Assembly (NCBI RefSeq): GCF_964355755.1
Contig: NC_092677.1
Span: 6,098,101-6,162,100 of the forward strand
Reading direction: 5' to 3'
Source of the DNA: Antedon mediterranea
Taxonomy: Eukaryota > Animalia > Echinodermata
DNA: 64,000 bases
The position numbers were made by a program, and so were the translations under genes. Shown here in pieces: positions 1 to 14,051 of the stretch (positions are counted from its first letter, which is position 1; each line of letters opens with the position of its first letter). The notes under the pieces were generated by a model. The model saw only the letters and a program-made list of their open reading frames with translations. It made no database searches and had not been told where the DNA came from.

Positions 1-65
1 CTATTAAAAAACCAACAAACATTTAAATATATATATATAAACGGTGAATACAACTGCACGTCAAC

Positions 66-3000
66 ATGAGCCGAGAAAGAAGAAATAAAAAAAAAGATAA
101 AGAAAAAGATCGAGTTCTACTAGCCCCAGAATCATCAACTCTTGACTCTGAATGCATGGACCCTGACGGAACTGATGCAACAGAAGTGGGTATGCTGTGG
201 CGGGAACTTCGAACATTTCAAACCGTCATCAAGGGTAAGCTAAACTCGATCATTTTAAATCAAGAGGCTTACTCAAACGAATTGACAAGATCGAACATAA
301 ACAAACGGAACTAGAAAAATCGATCGCATTTACCAGTGATTCAATCGTAGAGATAGAGAAGAAAATCGTATCATTTTGTACGGACATTTAAGCGGTTAAG
401 ACATCAATGGACGCCGACCGGAACAACGTCACATTACTTCAAAATCAAATCCTTAAACTTGAGAGATACTCTAGAAGTTTTAATTTGAGATTCGGTGGAA
501 TTAAAGAAAGTATAGATGAAATTCCATTTGAGAAAATTAATGAAATTATAAAGAACGATCTGAAACTACCGAACATTACAGTCGAAAATGCCCACCGTAC
601 AGGCAAACCCCGTACTTCACCGACCGGAGCACCTAGACATATTATCGCTAAATTCCTGTTTCGACCGCAGCGCTACCAAGTACTGATGCAAGCCAAAACA
701 GGTCATGTGTTGAAAAATAAGGGGATCTTCGTACTAGAGGACTTACCAGAAACTGACCTTAAAAAGAAACGTAATCTCAGAGAAATAATGGCAAAAGCAT
801 ACGGAGAAGGGAAACGACCAGTGTTTAGAAACGGGAACCTCTATATTAACGGTAAACTCCACTCATAAGCCGTTCATACGACTTTTGTTTTTGTCAACAA
901 AGTCTTAAAAACTACGATGTATGTAAACAATCAATTACATTTGCATATGAAAGGGTGTCTCCTGTCAAACGTGTTATTGTTCTCACCTACTATTACGCCA
1001 CAATTAAGTAACAATCATTTGCATACAGATGAGAGAATGTCCCATGTCAAACACATATTGCTACCATACTACCACTGTATGTAAACAAACCAGCTAATCA
1101 ATTACTAAAGTAACAAATCCAAGACACATTGAGATACAGGTGAGAGGATGTTCCAGTCTATAACAGACTTGTGATTGTCTAATTAATTGTACGTACTATC
1201 TAGAAAATGGCTGAAATAGTACCGGTATTTTTATATTGCTGCTTTTTTTAAATATTATATAATACATCTGTATTATAACTATAAGTTGCAAACATTGCAT
1301 ATTCAACATTTGCTCACAACTTCAAACATTTAATTGATAAAAACTTTCCTTTGAAAAAAATTAAGGCAAAAGCAAATAAAGATCGATCTCCATGGATCAC
1401 CGAGGCATAGCAAAGTCAATAACAACTAAGGGCAGGTTGTATAGTTCATACAGAAAAAATCCCACTCCCTCAAATAAACTGAAATATACTAAATACAGAA
1501 ACAAACTTACAGCACTTATTAAGAAACAAAAAGAAGAATACTACTTTACTCAATTTGAAAATAATAAAAGTAATACCAAAAAGACATAGAAAACGATTAA
1601 CACTATAATGGGAAGGACAAAAACACAACAACTACCACCAACAATAAATCATGACTTTAAGCAATTTAACACCCCCTCAGAAAAAGCAAATGCGTTTAAT
1701 ACTTATTTCACAAGCATTGGAGAAACGTTGGCAAAACGAATCTCACAAGAACCACAAATAACAGAATCATCCTCGTATTTAACAGGAAACTATGTTAATT
1801 CTATGTTTCTAAGACCTGTTAGTGTTACTGAGGATGAAATTAAAAGTCTCCTTGAAAATTTGGAAACTAATAAAACACCTGGAGCACTATATCTAAAACC
1901 ATACTCAAACTATCTTAAACGACCGATTACTCATTTGATCAACATATCACTCGCCACCGGTTGTTTTCCGGACGAACTTAAAATTGCAAAAACAATACCT
2001 ATCTTCAAGAACGGAGATAAATCAGAAATTAACAATTACCGTCCCATATCTATACTGCCATGTCTTTCAAAGGTTTATGAACGGGTTGTTAGCAATCAAA
2101 CTATTTCATTCCTAAATAAGAACAATGTACTTAATAAATCACAATATGGTTTCCGACAACAACATTCTACTATTCACGCATTATTAGATACATTTGAAAA
2201 AATTACCTCTGCAATCGAACAAAAATGCTTTATGATAGGAATATTTTTAGATTTATCAAAAGCGTTCGATTCAATGGATCATCACATTTTATTACAGAAG
2301 ATGAGACATTAGGGTATTAGAGGTGTCGTTTTAGATTGGTTTAAGAGTTACTTATCAACTAGAAAACAATTTGTAAACGTAGAAGGTAAAAAATCAGAAA
2401 CCAAATACATTAAGTACGGTGTTCCACAGGGGTCCATTCTTGGACCCTTACTATTCCTGATTTTTATAAAGGATATGCCATTTGCCTGTAGAAACACAAA
2501 CGTTATTATGTATGCAGATGACACTAATGTGTTCCTGCAACACAATGATATTACAAGAGCATTCGATATTTTAAACTATGAAATGGCATGTCTTTCTAAC
2601 TGGTTTATTGCAAATAGATTAACTGTGAACACCAAAAAAACTAATTATATTGTATTTACTAGTAGAAATGTAAAAATTGACACGTCAAATCTAACTTTGC
2701 TAATTAATACTGATATTATAGAACGAGTAAATCAAACAAAGTTTCTTGGTGTTCATCTAGATGAGAAATTATCATTTGCATATCATATAAATTCAATCGC
2801 AAAGAAAGTTTCAACAGCTATAGGCACCATGAATAAAATAAAACGCGTACTCCCATACAAAATCCTATTAAAAATATACAACTCTCTCATATTACCTAAC
2901 CTAACATATGCCATAACACTATGGGGATCTACTAATCAAACTATATCAAATCGTCTTTATATTTTACAAAAGAAAGCACTTAGAATTGTTTGCAACGTTC

Positions 3001-3640
3001 CTTTTCATCATCCTTCTCTACCACTCTTTGCCCGACAAAAACATTAAAATTATCTGAGCTGTACCAAAAAAGTGTTGCGATATTCATGTTTAAGTTTCAT
3101 CATAAAAAGTTGCCTATTACTTTTGATCCTTTCTTTGCTACAAACAATTCCAAACATAATCATGAGACAAGGGCTAAAGACAATTTAAGCACTGCTTTCA
3201 AAAGGACCCTATTGGGCCAACAAAGTGTCACATACAGAGGCACTAATGTGTGTGGAACTCACTACCCAATGACATTAAAATGTCAACCAGTATTGGTATG
3301 TTCAAACATAAAATTCATGATATGTTTGTCACCAGTAATCTTTATTTTTAAGCTACTGGTTAATTCATTTTCTCTTGACATTTGATTTGTTATTATCACT
3401 GCATTATTTCCATTGTTAGTATTTTTATCGTTACAATTAATATGGTACATTATACTCTTTTTATTTATTTATTTATTTAATTATTTATCTATTTCAATTT
3501 CAATTTTGTTTGTTTTTTTTTCGTTCTAAGGGGCTTTGCGTCTAAAGCATTAGCTTACAACTTAACCCCGTTCACAACTTCAATTAATTTTGCATGTACT
3601 TTGTATTATCTGAGATTGTGAATAAAGTTATATATAATAA
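66..3640 (+). mobile_element. Degenerate non-LTR retrotransposon (L2/CR1-group, Crack/Daphne-like) with ORF1 and broken ORF2; endonuclease domain missing
   Basis: ORF1 pieces 66-314 and 407-868 (coiled coil, then NLRFGGI..ENAHRTG..PRHIIAKF, an L1-type RRM/CTD). RT pieces 1290-3385 with YRPISILP, QYGFR, FLDLSKAFD, GVPQGSILGP, YADD, KFLGV, broken by stops and frameshifts. T-rich 3' UTR and AATAAA near 3621. Confidence 0.92.
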
Positions 3641-3938
3641 TACATACCATAAAATGTTGGAGAAGTATGATCTATAAAAAATTATAACAGAAATTGTGCA
3701 ATTAAAACCTGTATAATTATAAATGTGTAATTGTTAAAATAATTTATATCAGCTGCTGCTTTTACAGATTTTTTTCGAGAGCAGGTACAAACAATGCTTG
3801 CAGTATGCATATAGTCAGTTTTGAGATAATATCATAACATTTCAAATGTTACTATTGCTTATATAGATTGCTATAAATACTCTATTGACTTTAGATTAAA
3901 AATAAATAAACAGAAATTTGTTTTCAATATCAACTCAC

Positions 3939-6808
3939 CTTTGCCACCAGTATTAAGCAGTTTACTATCCCTTTCTCCTGCTTTATTCTTCGCTCTACAG
4001 TAATAATTGTTTGTACCATCATCCTTGGTTCTGTACTTTAACACAACTCCAGTTTCATTAGTAGATGCTACCTCTTTACTATTGTTGTATATGATAAGAG
4101 ATGGTTCTGGATAAGCATTGCCACTGGTACAGGTGACGCCCTCCGTGGTTAAAACAATGCTTGGTGAATCTAGGTCTAAAATAAAAATTATTATTTGCTA
4201 AGTATTAGATACAAGTTACCAAATTCATAATGTAATAAAGCCAACTAGTTTTTTTTCTTTACAGTACCAAGTTGATGGTAAAGCTAGACCTACAGTAAAT
4301 TTATATATTAATATTTAATTATATTAATCTAACGCTGAAAGAAATCATGAAATGGTTGTGTTGAAAAATGAAAAAAAACTATGAAGCATATATATATTTT
4401 TTTATTTTTACATCAAACTTGAGCAAAATTAAAAAATGTAAATGATTTTGGAGAAGTGACCTTCAAGGTGTTTTGACTTTAAATATGTATGTAACTTGTA
4501 TTTGACATCTGATTCAAGATGAAAGTGGCAGATTTTGTGTTGATGAACCAATCCAAAATAAATCATAAAGAAACTGTACTTAATATACATTAATTAATAA
4601 TTGAACATTTTTTCAGGAACTATAATATTGACAGTGTGGTACCATACTAAATTATAGAAGTATTTCATTCTTACACAAAATCGAAACATTGCCTGTGTCA
4701 GAGTTCATGTACGGTTCATCATCGATTATAGTAACTTGGCATTCGTAAACTCCACTGTCTGATCGTTTTACTGGTTGAATCGTAAGAACATAATCATGAA
4801 TGTTCATTCTTGTCTTGTCAGTCACTTGATTGAATATGCCTTGATGTCTTCCTACATCATGTCTTCCTCTATCATCTATCTTGTACCAAATGATTAATGG
4901 ACCTATGACAGATGTATTAGATCTTTGAAATGAGCAATTCAATTCCACTGTATGATTTTCAATAACAGTATTGCTTGGTTGCAAAATCAGATCTACAATC
5001 ACAGCTTTTGTACAGCTTATCAGTATTATATATACTAAAATAGAAAAACCTGTAGATAACAAATAAACAATGTTTATAATTTGTAATAATAAAGAAACAT
5101 TTGTAATTGTATGTAAAAATATTTGAAAACTAGAATTTAATTTGTCACTTATAAGTGATCATTTTCATATTTTTACCAACACTTAATTTTAAAAACGATG
5201 CACGCACATTAAATACGATCAAAAAATGATAATGCATGGCATACTATCACTAGATGTACTGTATATAATATACACTTGTATTGTAGTGTCTAAAAATTAT
5301 ATACAACATATAATATAGTACTGTATATCTTTATACAGGGTGTCTAGGAAACTCAGATCAGATATCTGAGTTTTCTAGTTCCATTCTGGAACTAGAAAAT
5401 TCAGATCATCAAATGATTGGTTGGTATGGGTGGTTATTTGGATCATTTCCTTTTTTCAACAGAGGGTAGGTTATTTAACAGTATTATAAGTTTTCTTACT
5501 AAAAGGGTCATTCCATCACAGATCACCCAATGAGTTAAACCCTACCTCCTTCAATTTAGTGTAGGGGTAATTTATGGAGATCAAACAACAATTTCAGATT
5601 TTAACTTAATCGGACTAGTGGTTTTTGAGATATTTCGATTTCAAATTTTTCATGAAAAATGGCGCAGTCGACACATTTCAAATAGCTGTATGTCGGAAAA
5701 TACAGGTCTGATTTTGAAAACCAAGGTATTTTTGTAAGGGGAGATCTTAAGGAATCTAAATATAACATCATTGTGTGTTTTTAGGTAACTCTTATGTTGG
5801 ATGAAACCAAAGATTTTATAGCCGAAGGCTAGATTGCATGAAAAGAAAAGACCGTCTAGAGGACTCACGGTTGAACGATTTTGGATTCTCATGGATTCTT
5901 GACGTGAATCAACACAAAGTGAAGTCACAATGTACTGAGGACTGCATGTCCAACACATCGGAAAATAATGAATTGAAATTCTTTGAATATTAGGGTAAAT
6001 AAACACTCTTTTTTATTAATTAATAAACATGTAATATCATATTTGATTGAATTTTACATTGTTCTTGGCTAAAAACGATTATTTTCAGGTCAAATTAGGG
6101 AGTAATAAATGCTCCTACCATGCATGGACCTATAAATTAGATAGGTCCATGCTCCTACCCTGGAATATGTAGACCTACATATACTGTAGTTTAGTTGTAT
6201 GATTATATTTTTGTTCTGTACAGTAGGCCAGATTATATTTACACAAAATGTTTTCTACTGATTGTTAAACAAAAATAATTGATATACTGTAATAAACCAT
6301 TATATCTGAAGAAAGAACAATGATTAAAAATTGTAAGTCAAAAAGTCGTTGAAGTTGAAATAACCATTGTTGTATACTTATACACAGGGGTCAATTTGGT
6401 CTACATTCCTTAAAAAATAGCTGGGAATATACCAAATTGACCTACTGTGTATAAGTATATAAAAAGAAACCTAAATAATGAACTTCAAATGGCAATTGTG
6501 ATAATTTTTTACGATGGAGAAAATGGGGTATGCATGACTGCAATGCACTCTATTAAATTAGATTATTCAATTCAATTCAGGATACATTTCAGAAAAATGC
6601 CAAATGTTTTACAATTTTTTAAGTACTGGAGTTTATATCAGCTGCTGCTTTTACAGACTTTTTCAAGAGAAGATGGAATAAACAACAAATAACTTGTTTG
6701 GCGTAACAATGAAACATGTTTGCAACAAAACTTGTCATTTAATTTAAGTTTTTGCAATGGGTCCTTGTCATTGAGTGAAGTCAAATTATCCATACCTGTC
6801 AAAATCAT
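3939..6808 (-). CDS. Immunoglobulin-superfamily gene A (signal peptide, V-type domain, C/I-type domain); 3' exons not found in the window
   Basis: Phase-compatible GT-AG exons: 6796-6808 (MILT-G, tentative), 4675-5049 (FSILVYIILISCTKA..VELNC..IIWYK..LTIQPVKRSDSGVYECQV), 3939-4175 (YLDSPSIVL..VTCTSGNAYPEPSL..YYCRAKNKAG). Clearly paralogous to the gene at 48-52 kb. Confidence 0.85.
5504..6100. mobile_element. One end of a DNA transposon with GGGTCATTCCAT terminus
   Basis: Starts gggtcattccat; the reverse complement atggaatgaccc ends another fragment near 17685. Inner boundary approximate. Confidence 0.5.
6123..6151. repeat. 29-bp CATGG...CCATG palindrome with flanking direct repeat (P-element-like remnant)
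   Basis: catggacctat-aaattag-ataggtccatg; ctcctac occurs on both sides (left copy separated by an extra catg). Confidence 0.6.
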
Positions 6809-7062
6809 ATTTTCCATTTGATTTTAAACCTAAAAAAAAAAAAAATATTTCACATTATTTATTTTAATATTTCAGTATTCTGGAGAGCATCTTAGTGCTA
6901 TCTACTTGGTGACTTGTCAAAAATGTATCTTGTCAAGTCGACATAAACATGAATATTAATTATGTCAACATAGTAACCGTCATATGTCGTCATGGCAAAA
7001 TACATTATCTTGCTAATTTAACATACTGTTAGAGGAAACAGAATGTTGGAAAATCACCCTTT

Positions 7063-7240
7063 TAGGACAACTACTCACTACTGTACGTAGGACCTACCCC
7101 CTACTGTAGGAAAACTACCCCCTACTGTAGGAAAACAACCCCCTAGGAAAACTACCCCCTAGGAAAACTACCCCCTGTGACAATTACCCTCTAGGACAAT
7201 TACCCTCTAGGACAATTACCCCCTACAATAGGACAATTAC
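7063..7240. repeat. Degenerate 16-21 bp tandem repeat (aggaaaactaccccct / aggacaattaccc), probably a transposon subterminal array
   Basis: About nine visible copies. Confidence 0.7.
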
Positions 7241-7504
7241 TTTCTTTCAGTTAGAGGTCAATCTTCTGAAAAAGTTATACGATGTAATATTTTTTTGTTT
7301 TTTATTTCATCATATCATCATCAGGCATCCTTCAGTCAAAATTGACTACTACTGCAACTGTAAAGAAGGCGATAGGCAGTGTCAGGGACTGAAATGCAGC
7401 TGTATTAAGGCAGGATTGTCATGTGTTTCTGTGGGCACTGCTCGAATGGTTCAAGTGAAAATGAACCTAGTAATGAAGATGAAACCGATTAACAATAAGT
7501 AATA

Positions 7505-8886
7505 CCGTAGTTCCACGGGTATAATCCCACCCCCCGTGTACGTGAAATTTGCCCGAATTTGGGAGGTGGGACTATAGCCGGGGATTTCCCGCTGCATGAA
7601 CTGAAAATGACGATATTTCTTCTAGCTACGATTTAGGCTATCTAAAAGCTATATTCCGATGTAGGCCTAGCAATTAGACGGCCAGGCCATCTAGGCCTAG
7701 TTTAGGCGGCCTAATTGGTCTTACCTGTGCTATGCCTACCGTATAGATTTTCCCCGAGATTTCTACTTAAAAAATACCCTAAAATGTGATCTAGGTCTAG
7801 CTTCCTAAATCGACATGAACTCGATCAAACGAGTTCTCCATGTTCACCCACACGCTCGAGCTCTCTGTGTGAATCGCATGTTGTTGCATGTGACACAAAC
7901 TCTACTGCACAAGCCGGTCGGTATAGAGGGCGGTGTTTTTTTTACGGTAATCAAGCATGCAGAGTAGTGTAAATAACAAGAAAGAATGTACACGACGGCG
8001 AAAGGATGATGTACAGAACATGACGATCGGGGCATGCTAGCCTTAAAGCTCAGGTACAGGCATGAATTTTAAATATAATATTTGGTTAATTGTACATAAA
8101 TCAAATATTTGTAACAGAAATCAAGATGAAAAAACATGAATTTTCCTTAATATGGTCAAATACAAAATTTTGCAAAATTCTTCCATAAAAACCAGGAAGA
8201 CTTTTTTTCAGTAGTTAGGGAGTAAACCTAATGTAATAACATGTCTGGTGACTCCCTAGACGGTGAAAAAAGATGGTGGATATACAGTGGATAATTTTTG
8301 CTATAGCATGAAAATAAAAATCTGAAGTTGAATAAAAATACTAGAAATGTAATATTCAAGTTATATTACCTATATTTAGTCATCTGATAACATTTTTTAC
8401 CACACTGTTTATTTTTCATAGCTTTTTAAAATGCCTCTCTATTTACAAAATTTGTGTACAAAAGAATAGAGATTTTACTGTGTAATTTGAACTATCCCCC
8501 CACTGAAAAGAAAGTGCTTATTTTCAACAACCTCATGTAACACAAATTAAATGCCAAAAATTATGAAAAATAGGGGAAACTGTAGATCGATAATTATTGG
8601 AATGTATGATCAATAGAAATTTTTTTCCCGCACCTAGCCTTTAAGGTTGTTTTCAACTTAACAATGTTTAATGAGTTTTAATTCAGCCAAATTCATAGAA
8701 ATTACTCTATTTTTTGGTGAGAAATTGACGTTAGCTTAGCTAGCTACAGTAGGCCTAGGCCCACCTCTGGCCTAATGTTAAATTATACACTGGGACTTTG
8801 CCCGAGGATATGCTTGCGTGCGAAGGTAATCGTAAAGTCGGGGGTGGGATTATACCCGAGGTGGGATTATACCCGAGGAACTACGG
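7505..8886. mobile_element. Non-autonomous Tc1/mariner-superfamily (pogo/Tigger-like) element
   Basis: TIRs ccgtagttcc(a/t)cgggtataatcccacc at both ends, with TA on both flanks. Confidence 0.85.
8047..8640. mobile_element. Kolobok-like non-autonomous element nested in the pogo-like element
   Basis: TTAA at 8043-8046 and 8641-8644; imperfect short TIRs agctcaggtacagg / aggctaggtgcggg (reverse complement). Confidence 0.65.
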
Positions 8887-9584
8887 TATGTGTATCATTA
8901 TTTATTTATTATTTATGCAAATTTTATGTATTATAATACAGGTATCAATTATAATTAATTAACACAATCTGTTTAATCCAAAACAAAACCATGTTCCTTG
9001 TTTTCTCTCAGACCCGAAGTCATAAATAATTTTTTTTATATAATATAATGCAATACTGGACAGGATGGACTGTCCTAATTTATGTGTAAAACACAAAAAT
9101 GGGTATATTAACCTTTGATCTCATTTTTTAACGGTGAAGATATAGTCATAGTGGACCAATTTTATTTGTGCTTCAATTCTAGTATAGTTCTGTGCATTTT
9201 GATACCAAGATCAACCTTATATATTCGTTGCAAAGATACAATTTTTAGCATTTTTAAAGGTCAATGACCTTTAACACGAAAAAAAAAACCAATTTCCCTA
9301 CCCCACTATTCTTCCTTACTTTTTTTGGTATATCTGTATACCCATACTTACACAAATCAGTTGACATGTACTTTATAATGTAATATTTGACTTGATTGAA
9401 GTACATTATAAGTATGGGTATAAAATAAAAATGGGTATATTGACCTTTGACCTTAATTTTGAAGGTCAAGATTTGTTCATAAAGTGATCCAAATAATTGT
9501 GTGCATTTTGACACCAAGCTCAGCCATATATTATATTTTGTTGCGAAGATACAATTTTTAGCATTTTAAAATAAGGTCAGACAT

Positions 9585-11004
9585 GTGCACATTTGTTTGG
9601 TTAAACTCAAGGACTGGCGTCTCTATTGCAAGGTAGTTCCATGGAAATAATGAAAGCTTATAAGGAAGTCGAGAGAATCCAAACAAAACGTGAAGAAGTG
9701 CGAAAGGAAGCGACGTCAGAATTCCGAGAAATATTTAAAAAGTGTACTGAAATGGCTACTGAAGCCGGAGCTATAATTTCCATGCCAAGGGTGGCATCAC
9801 GCCATGTTCGAATGTGGAATCGAAGACACCAGAAGAATATTTTCGTCGTTCTGTATTCATCCCATTTATTGACTCCATGAATGACCAATTCAGAACCCGT
9901 TTTTCTGGACAACAACACTGTGCTGTGAAGGCAATGAGCCTAATTCCCAAGAATCTTATCAGCCTAGACAAAGAGCGCACAGGAGAAATTTTTGAATACT
10001 TCAAATCTGTGATGCCTTATAAATACTCATTTACCCAAGAGATTTCTAACTGGAAGGAGTTCTGGAAGTGTGAAAAAGACAGTCCCGATAGTCTCTCCAA
10101 AACATTGGAGATTGTGTGTTTGAAATCCACCGAAAAGATGTTTCCAATCTAAAATATTGCGTATTTTGATGACTATATCCCTGCAACCAGTGCATCAGTA
10201 GAGCGAGCAAATTCAGCTCTGAAGATTGTAAAAAATGATCTTCGAAGTACCATGACGGAAGATCGACTAAATGCATTGTTATTGATGTTTGTTCATCAGG
10301 ACATTAAACTTAATTACGATGCCATTATTCAGAAGTATGCGAATATGTATCCCCGACGGATGATGTTTATAAATCCTTTGGAAGAGAAGTAGTGATCATC
10401 ACAAATGTAGACCTATTATTATTTATTAAATTGACGGCACTGTTATCACATGTTAAGATAATAAAATTCAGCTACTGATACTACAGCATTGTCATTATTT
10501 AGTAATTTTCCTTTTTACCTTTAAAAAAAATAAGATATAGGCATAGGCCTAAATCCTTAACACACGATCTTTCACTGTGTATATTATTTAACATAACTAG
10601 GCCAACATTGTTTTAAAGGTTCCAAATTATATTACCGTATGGGAAGTACCTTCATCATTTAACGCAAACAATGTTATCCCTAGTCGCGTCTGTTGGAAAA
10701 AGTAGACTACAATGAATTTGCCGATTGTTAACAATATGCTATGGGAGTGACATTTCCGTCAAACTATAGATGCCAATTTATCATGAATATTAGGCGTGCT
10801 ATAGAGTATCATTTCCAACCATTTAGGAGTGTCAATTAACTGAATCCGCCCCTGCGTGAGAGTGCCATTTCCGACCATCTAGATCATTCTAGACCATTTA
10901 AATCGTCTCAACTCAGCCCCAACCATGGTGGGGCTGAGTTGGTGTGGACTCACTACAGTTGCGCCCCCCCCCCCCCCTTTCACAAAATCCTGGATCTGCC
11001 CCTG
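9585..11004 (+). mobile_element. 5'-truncated hAT transposon: frameshifted transposase C-terminus plus right TIR
   Basis: Fragments TPEEYFRRSVFIPFID and dimerisation motif PATSASVERANSALKIVKNDLRSTMTEDRLNALLL, stop at 10390-10392; terminus cctggatctgcccctg ending 11004. Confidence 0.88.
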
Positions 11005-12311
11005 CCCCTGGCGTCAAGTCCTACACCAATCGGACAACAGACTTATAACCGGTAACTGACGATCCCTGTGTTGATCCTTTGTACAAACAAAGTTGGAGTG
11101 GCCTCTCCAAGTATGCCATGGCATAATACAGTATATGGAATCCTGAGCTGCCCAATTATCAGGAATCCCCTCTCGGCATTACGTAGTAGTGTCCAGTGGA
11201 ATGGAAACCAATACGACTGGTACTAGATCTGCTGCATAAGTTGCCATAAAAGTAGAACAAAGTTCACTAAACTGCCTTACGGGAGTGAGAAAACTAAATC
11301 CTCCCAGACACTACCTGGATTTTTCTATGGTTTAAGGGCTGCTCTTTTAACACAAATGAGAGAGCTAACTAACTCATACTACCATAGGCCTGAAGAGCCT
11401 GAAACCTGCCTGACTTGGTTAAACCTACTAGGGACAAGTGTCCCCGCCAGTATAGCTTTCAGACTCGATGACAACTAGACCTTTGGTAATATTGTAGCTG
11501 ATACAGGTTGTATCGGAATACAGCTTGACCGATAGCAGTCCAGATGTTTTGACTAACCTGATGCTAAATACAGGCACCTACTCTTCTACCCAAAAGAAGC
11601 AGTGGTCTGCTCCTGTGATCAGATATATTCTGAAATCAGAAAATAAAAAAAAAGTAGATTTTATAATAATTATTTATAAACAAAAATTCTTCCATTCATA
11701 CGGAAACGAGTCAAAAAAAGGCAGATTTATTTTTTAAGTATCTAGGGAATAAATCAAGTGAGGTCTAGATGTGATGTTTAGAGCATGGGTTCATACTTTC
11801 TGTACTGAATTGTACCAACAATTGTAATCCATTAGGCCTACTATTATGTTGAGTTTAGATAATTATTTATTATTGACAATTAAAGCAAATTTAGGTTAAA
11901 CGATTTGCCTGGAATAGGTGTTTTTCACAAACTGTTTTACGTTTACATTATAAAAAAATAGTATGTTGTTAAATTTGGACTTCTGGTCCCATTTCTTTTT
12001 GTACCCAACCTAGCTGTTCGCTATGTATCGTGATAGGTAAATTCAACAACATTTTAGCAGGCCTACGGTATACAATAATTGTTGTCATGCTGTCAAAAGT
12101 GTTCTTATCATTGACAGTGAACATATCAATCATAAATTTCGTAAATGGGATTTCATAACTGTCCTAATAGCATTTCTGTCACCACCTTAACCCTGCAACC
12201 CTCCAAATAACCCGGGTCGCTACATTTTGTTTTTTTGTACATAGGTTGAGGACCCCTCTTAAACATGCATATATCATATGAAAACTAGGTCTTGCCTGGG
12301 TCACAGTGCAT

Positions 12312-12895
12312 ATCGGCCGCCAGTCATTTCGGCCGCCGGTTATGGAATGCCCAAAATCATGAAACGCCAAAAAGGACAAAATATGTATTGTTTATTTCGG
12401 CCGCCAAAATCGTCAATTGTTAATGTATGGAACGCCTTAATTGTCAAAAAGGGTGTACGTATACATGTGCCTATTGCCTGAATAGACGTGCGTATTAAAA
12501 CAGCAAGCAATCAACAAAAACGATCATAGTTCATACATTTTGATTTACATGGAGCTGCGCTATCAATATTTTACTATCATTCGCTGGCTTCTTCCTGGCT
12601 CCACAACAACCACTATGAAATAAAGTAAGTCGTGTAGAAATACTTTAGTTAAGCTACTAAACTAATCCCTCCATAAGTCATAAATTGGCTGTGTGATTTA
12701 CACACGTCTATTCAGGCGATAGGCACATGTATACACCCTTTTTGACAATTAAGGCGTGCCATACGTTATTAACAATATTGACGATACTGGCGGCCGAAAT
12801 GAACAATACATATTTTGTCTATTTTGGCGTTTCATGATTTTGGGCGTTCCATAACCGGAGGCCGAAATGACTGGCGGCCGAAATGATCAGACACC
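12312..12895. mobile_element. Foldback / long-TIR non-autonomous DNA element (MULE-like), left tip lost
   Basis: About 180-bp inverted arms (12312-12494 vs about 12700-12881) with repeated tttcggccgcc motifs. Confidence 0.8.
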
Positions 12896-13991
12896 GTCTC
12901 CAGGGGCGTGGTCACGTTTTTGAGATTCATTCAAGTTTTCTCAACTATGAATACAGTACAGTACATACTACACATTTTCAAAATTATGCTTAACTCCACA
13001 AGCTAAAAAAATGAATGTTTGTTTCTTTTTACCTTCAACACATTAAATAAACATCTTTTTTACTGAGGAAATCGATCAGTAATCCAAAATCTTCATCATT
13101 TATTACACGGTAAGCTAACAGAGACACTCCTTGCAGCAAAATATTAAAATATCATTTCATGACGTCATCTACTAGTACTATTGATTTGCTCAACTAAATT
13201 TTTTAACATTTGAAAATTTTGGAAATTCCCAAAAAAGATCACTTATATTACAATACTACAAATAATATAACAATTGAGGACAGCACAATAATAAAAGGCA
13301 ATTCATTGATTATATTGCAAATTGCATCAAGGAAATACAGATGAGAACTGTATTTCTGTAAAGCAAAATAAAACCAGACTCCTACACGGAAATTACTAAT
13401 TCTGTCTGTGGGCTGGAAAAAAATTGCACTTTTGAACATTGTTAATGTTAGTGTTATAATTGACAACTACAGTATATCTTTCCTTACGGTAAATCTTTCT
13501 ATCAAGATTTTGTTTGGTGTCAAAACTCTAAAATGACATACAGGGGTGTAATAATAGTGGTGGTGTACAGTAACCTTGTGACAAGTTAAAATCATGTGAT
13601 TAAAACTTCTTTTATCTTGTTTCAAAATCTCTATTATTTATGTTTTAACCTTTAAATGTGCTTACTTTAATTGTTTTAATTTGATTTTGATAATTTTAGG
13701 TTTAATTTTATATTTTCTTTTGTCCATTTATATACTGTATTTTGTTTACATTTATGTAGTTAAGAACTGAACCACTTTGGAAATCAGTACATTGTATTGA
13801 AAATGTATTTCAGAATAAAGAAAGATTAAATAAAATAAATAAATAAATGTGTATCTTATATTTATGTCCATTTATTTCCAGTCTACAAAAGTAATCAAAT
13901 CTGGTCTTAGTACAGTAGTATTTTTTCAGCAAGGCCTTTAATATTAACAAATCAGCCTGAACTTGTACAGTATAAACACATACACCAAACA

Positions 13992-14051
13992 CATAGAGAT
14001 ATTATATATATTATTATATTATTATTATATATTCACTATAATATCTCTATG
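13992..14051. repeat. CATAG...CTATG mini-palindrome (P-element-like remnant); related copy at 47476-47523
   Basis: catagagatattata ... tataatatctctatg; the second copy shares cactataatatctctatg. Confidence 0.6.

Noticed and set aside
4625-4680. Heptamer-like gacagtg next to the V exon, suggesting V(D)J-type signals
   Set aside because: Mismatch at the critical first base, wrong position, no nonamer at 12 or 23 bp, and the V exon is already complete and spliceable.
11005-11640. Relatively GC-balanced segment with a possible minus-strand splice acceptor near 11630
   Set aside because: No sustained ORF or recognisable motif; could be a retroelement UTR or non-coding exon but cannot be supported.
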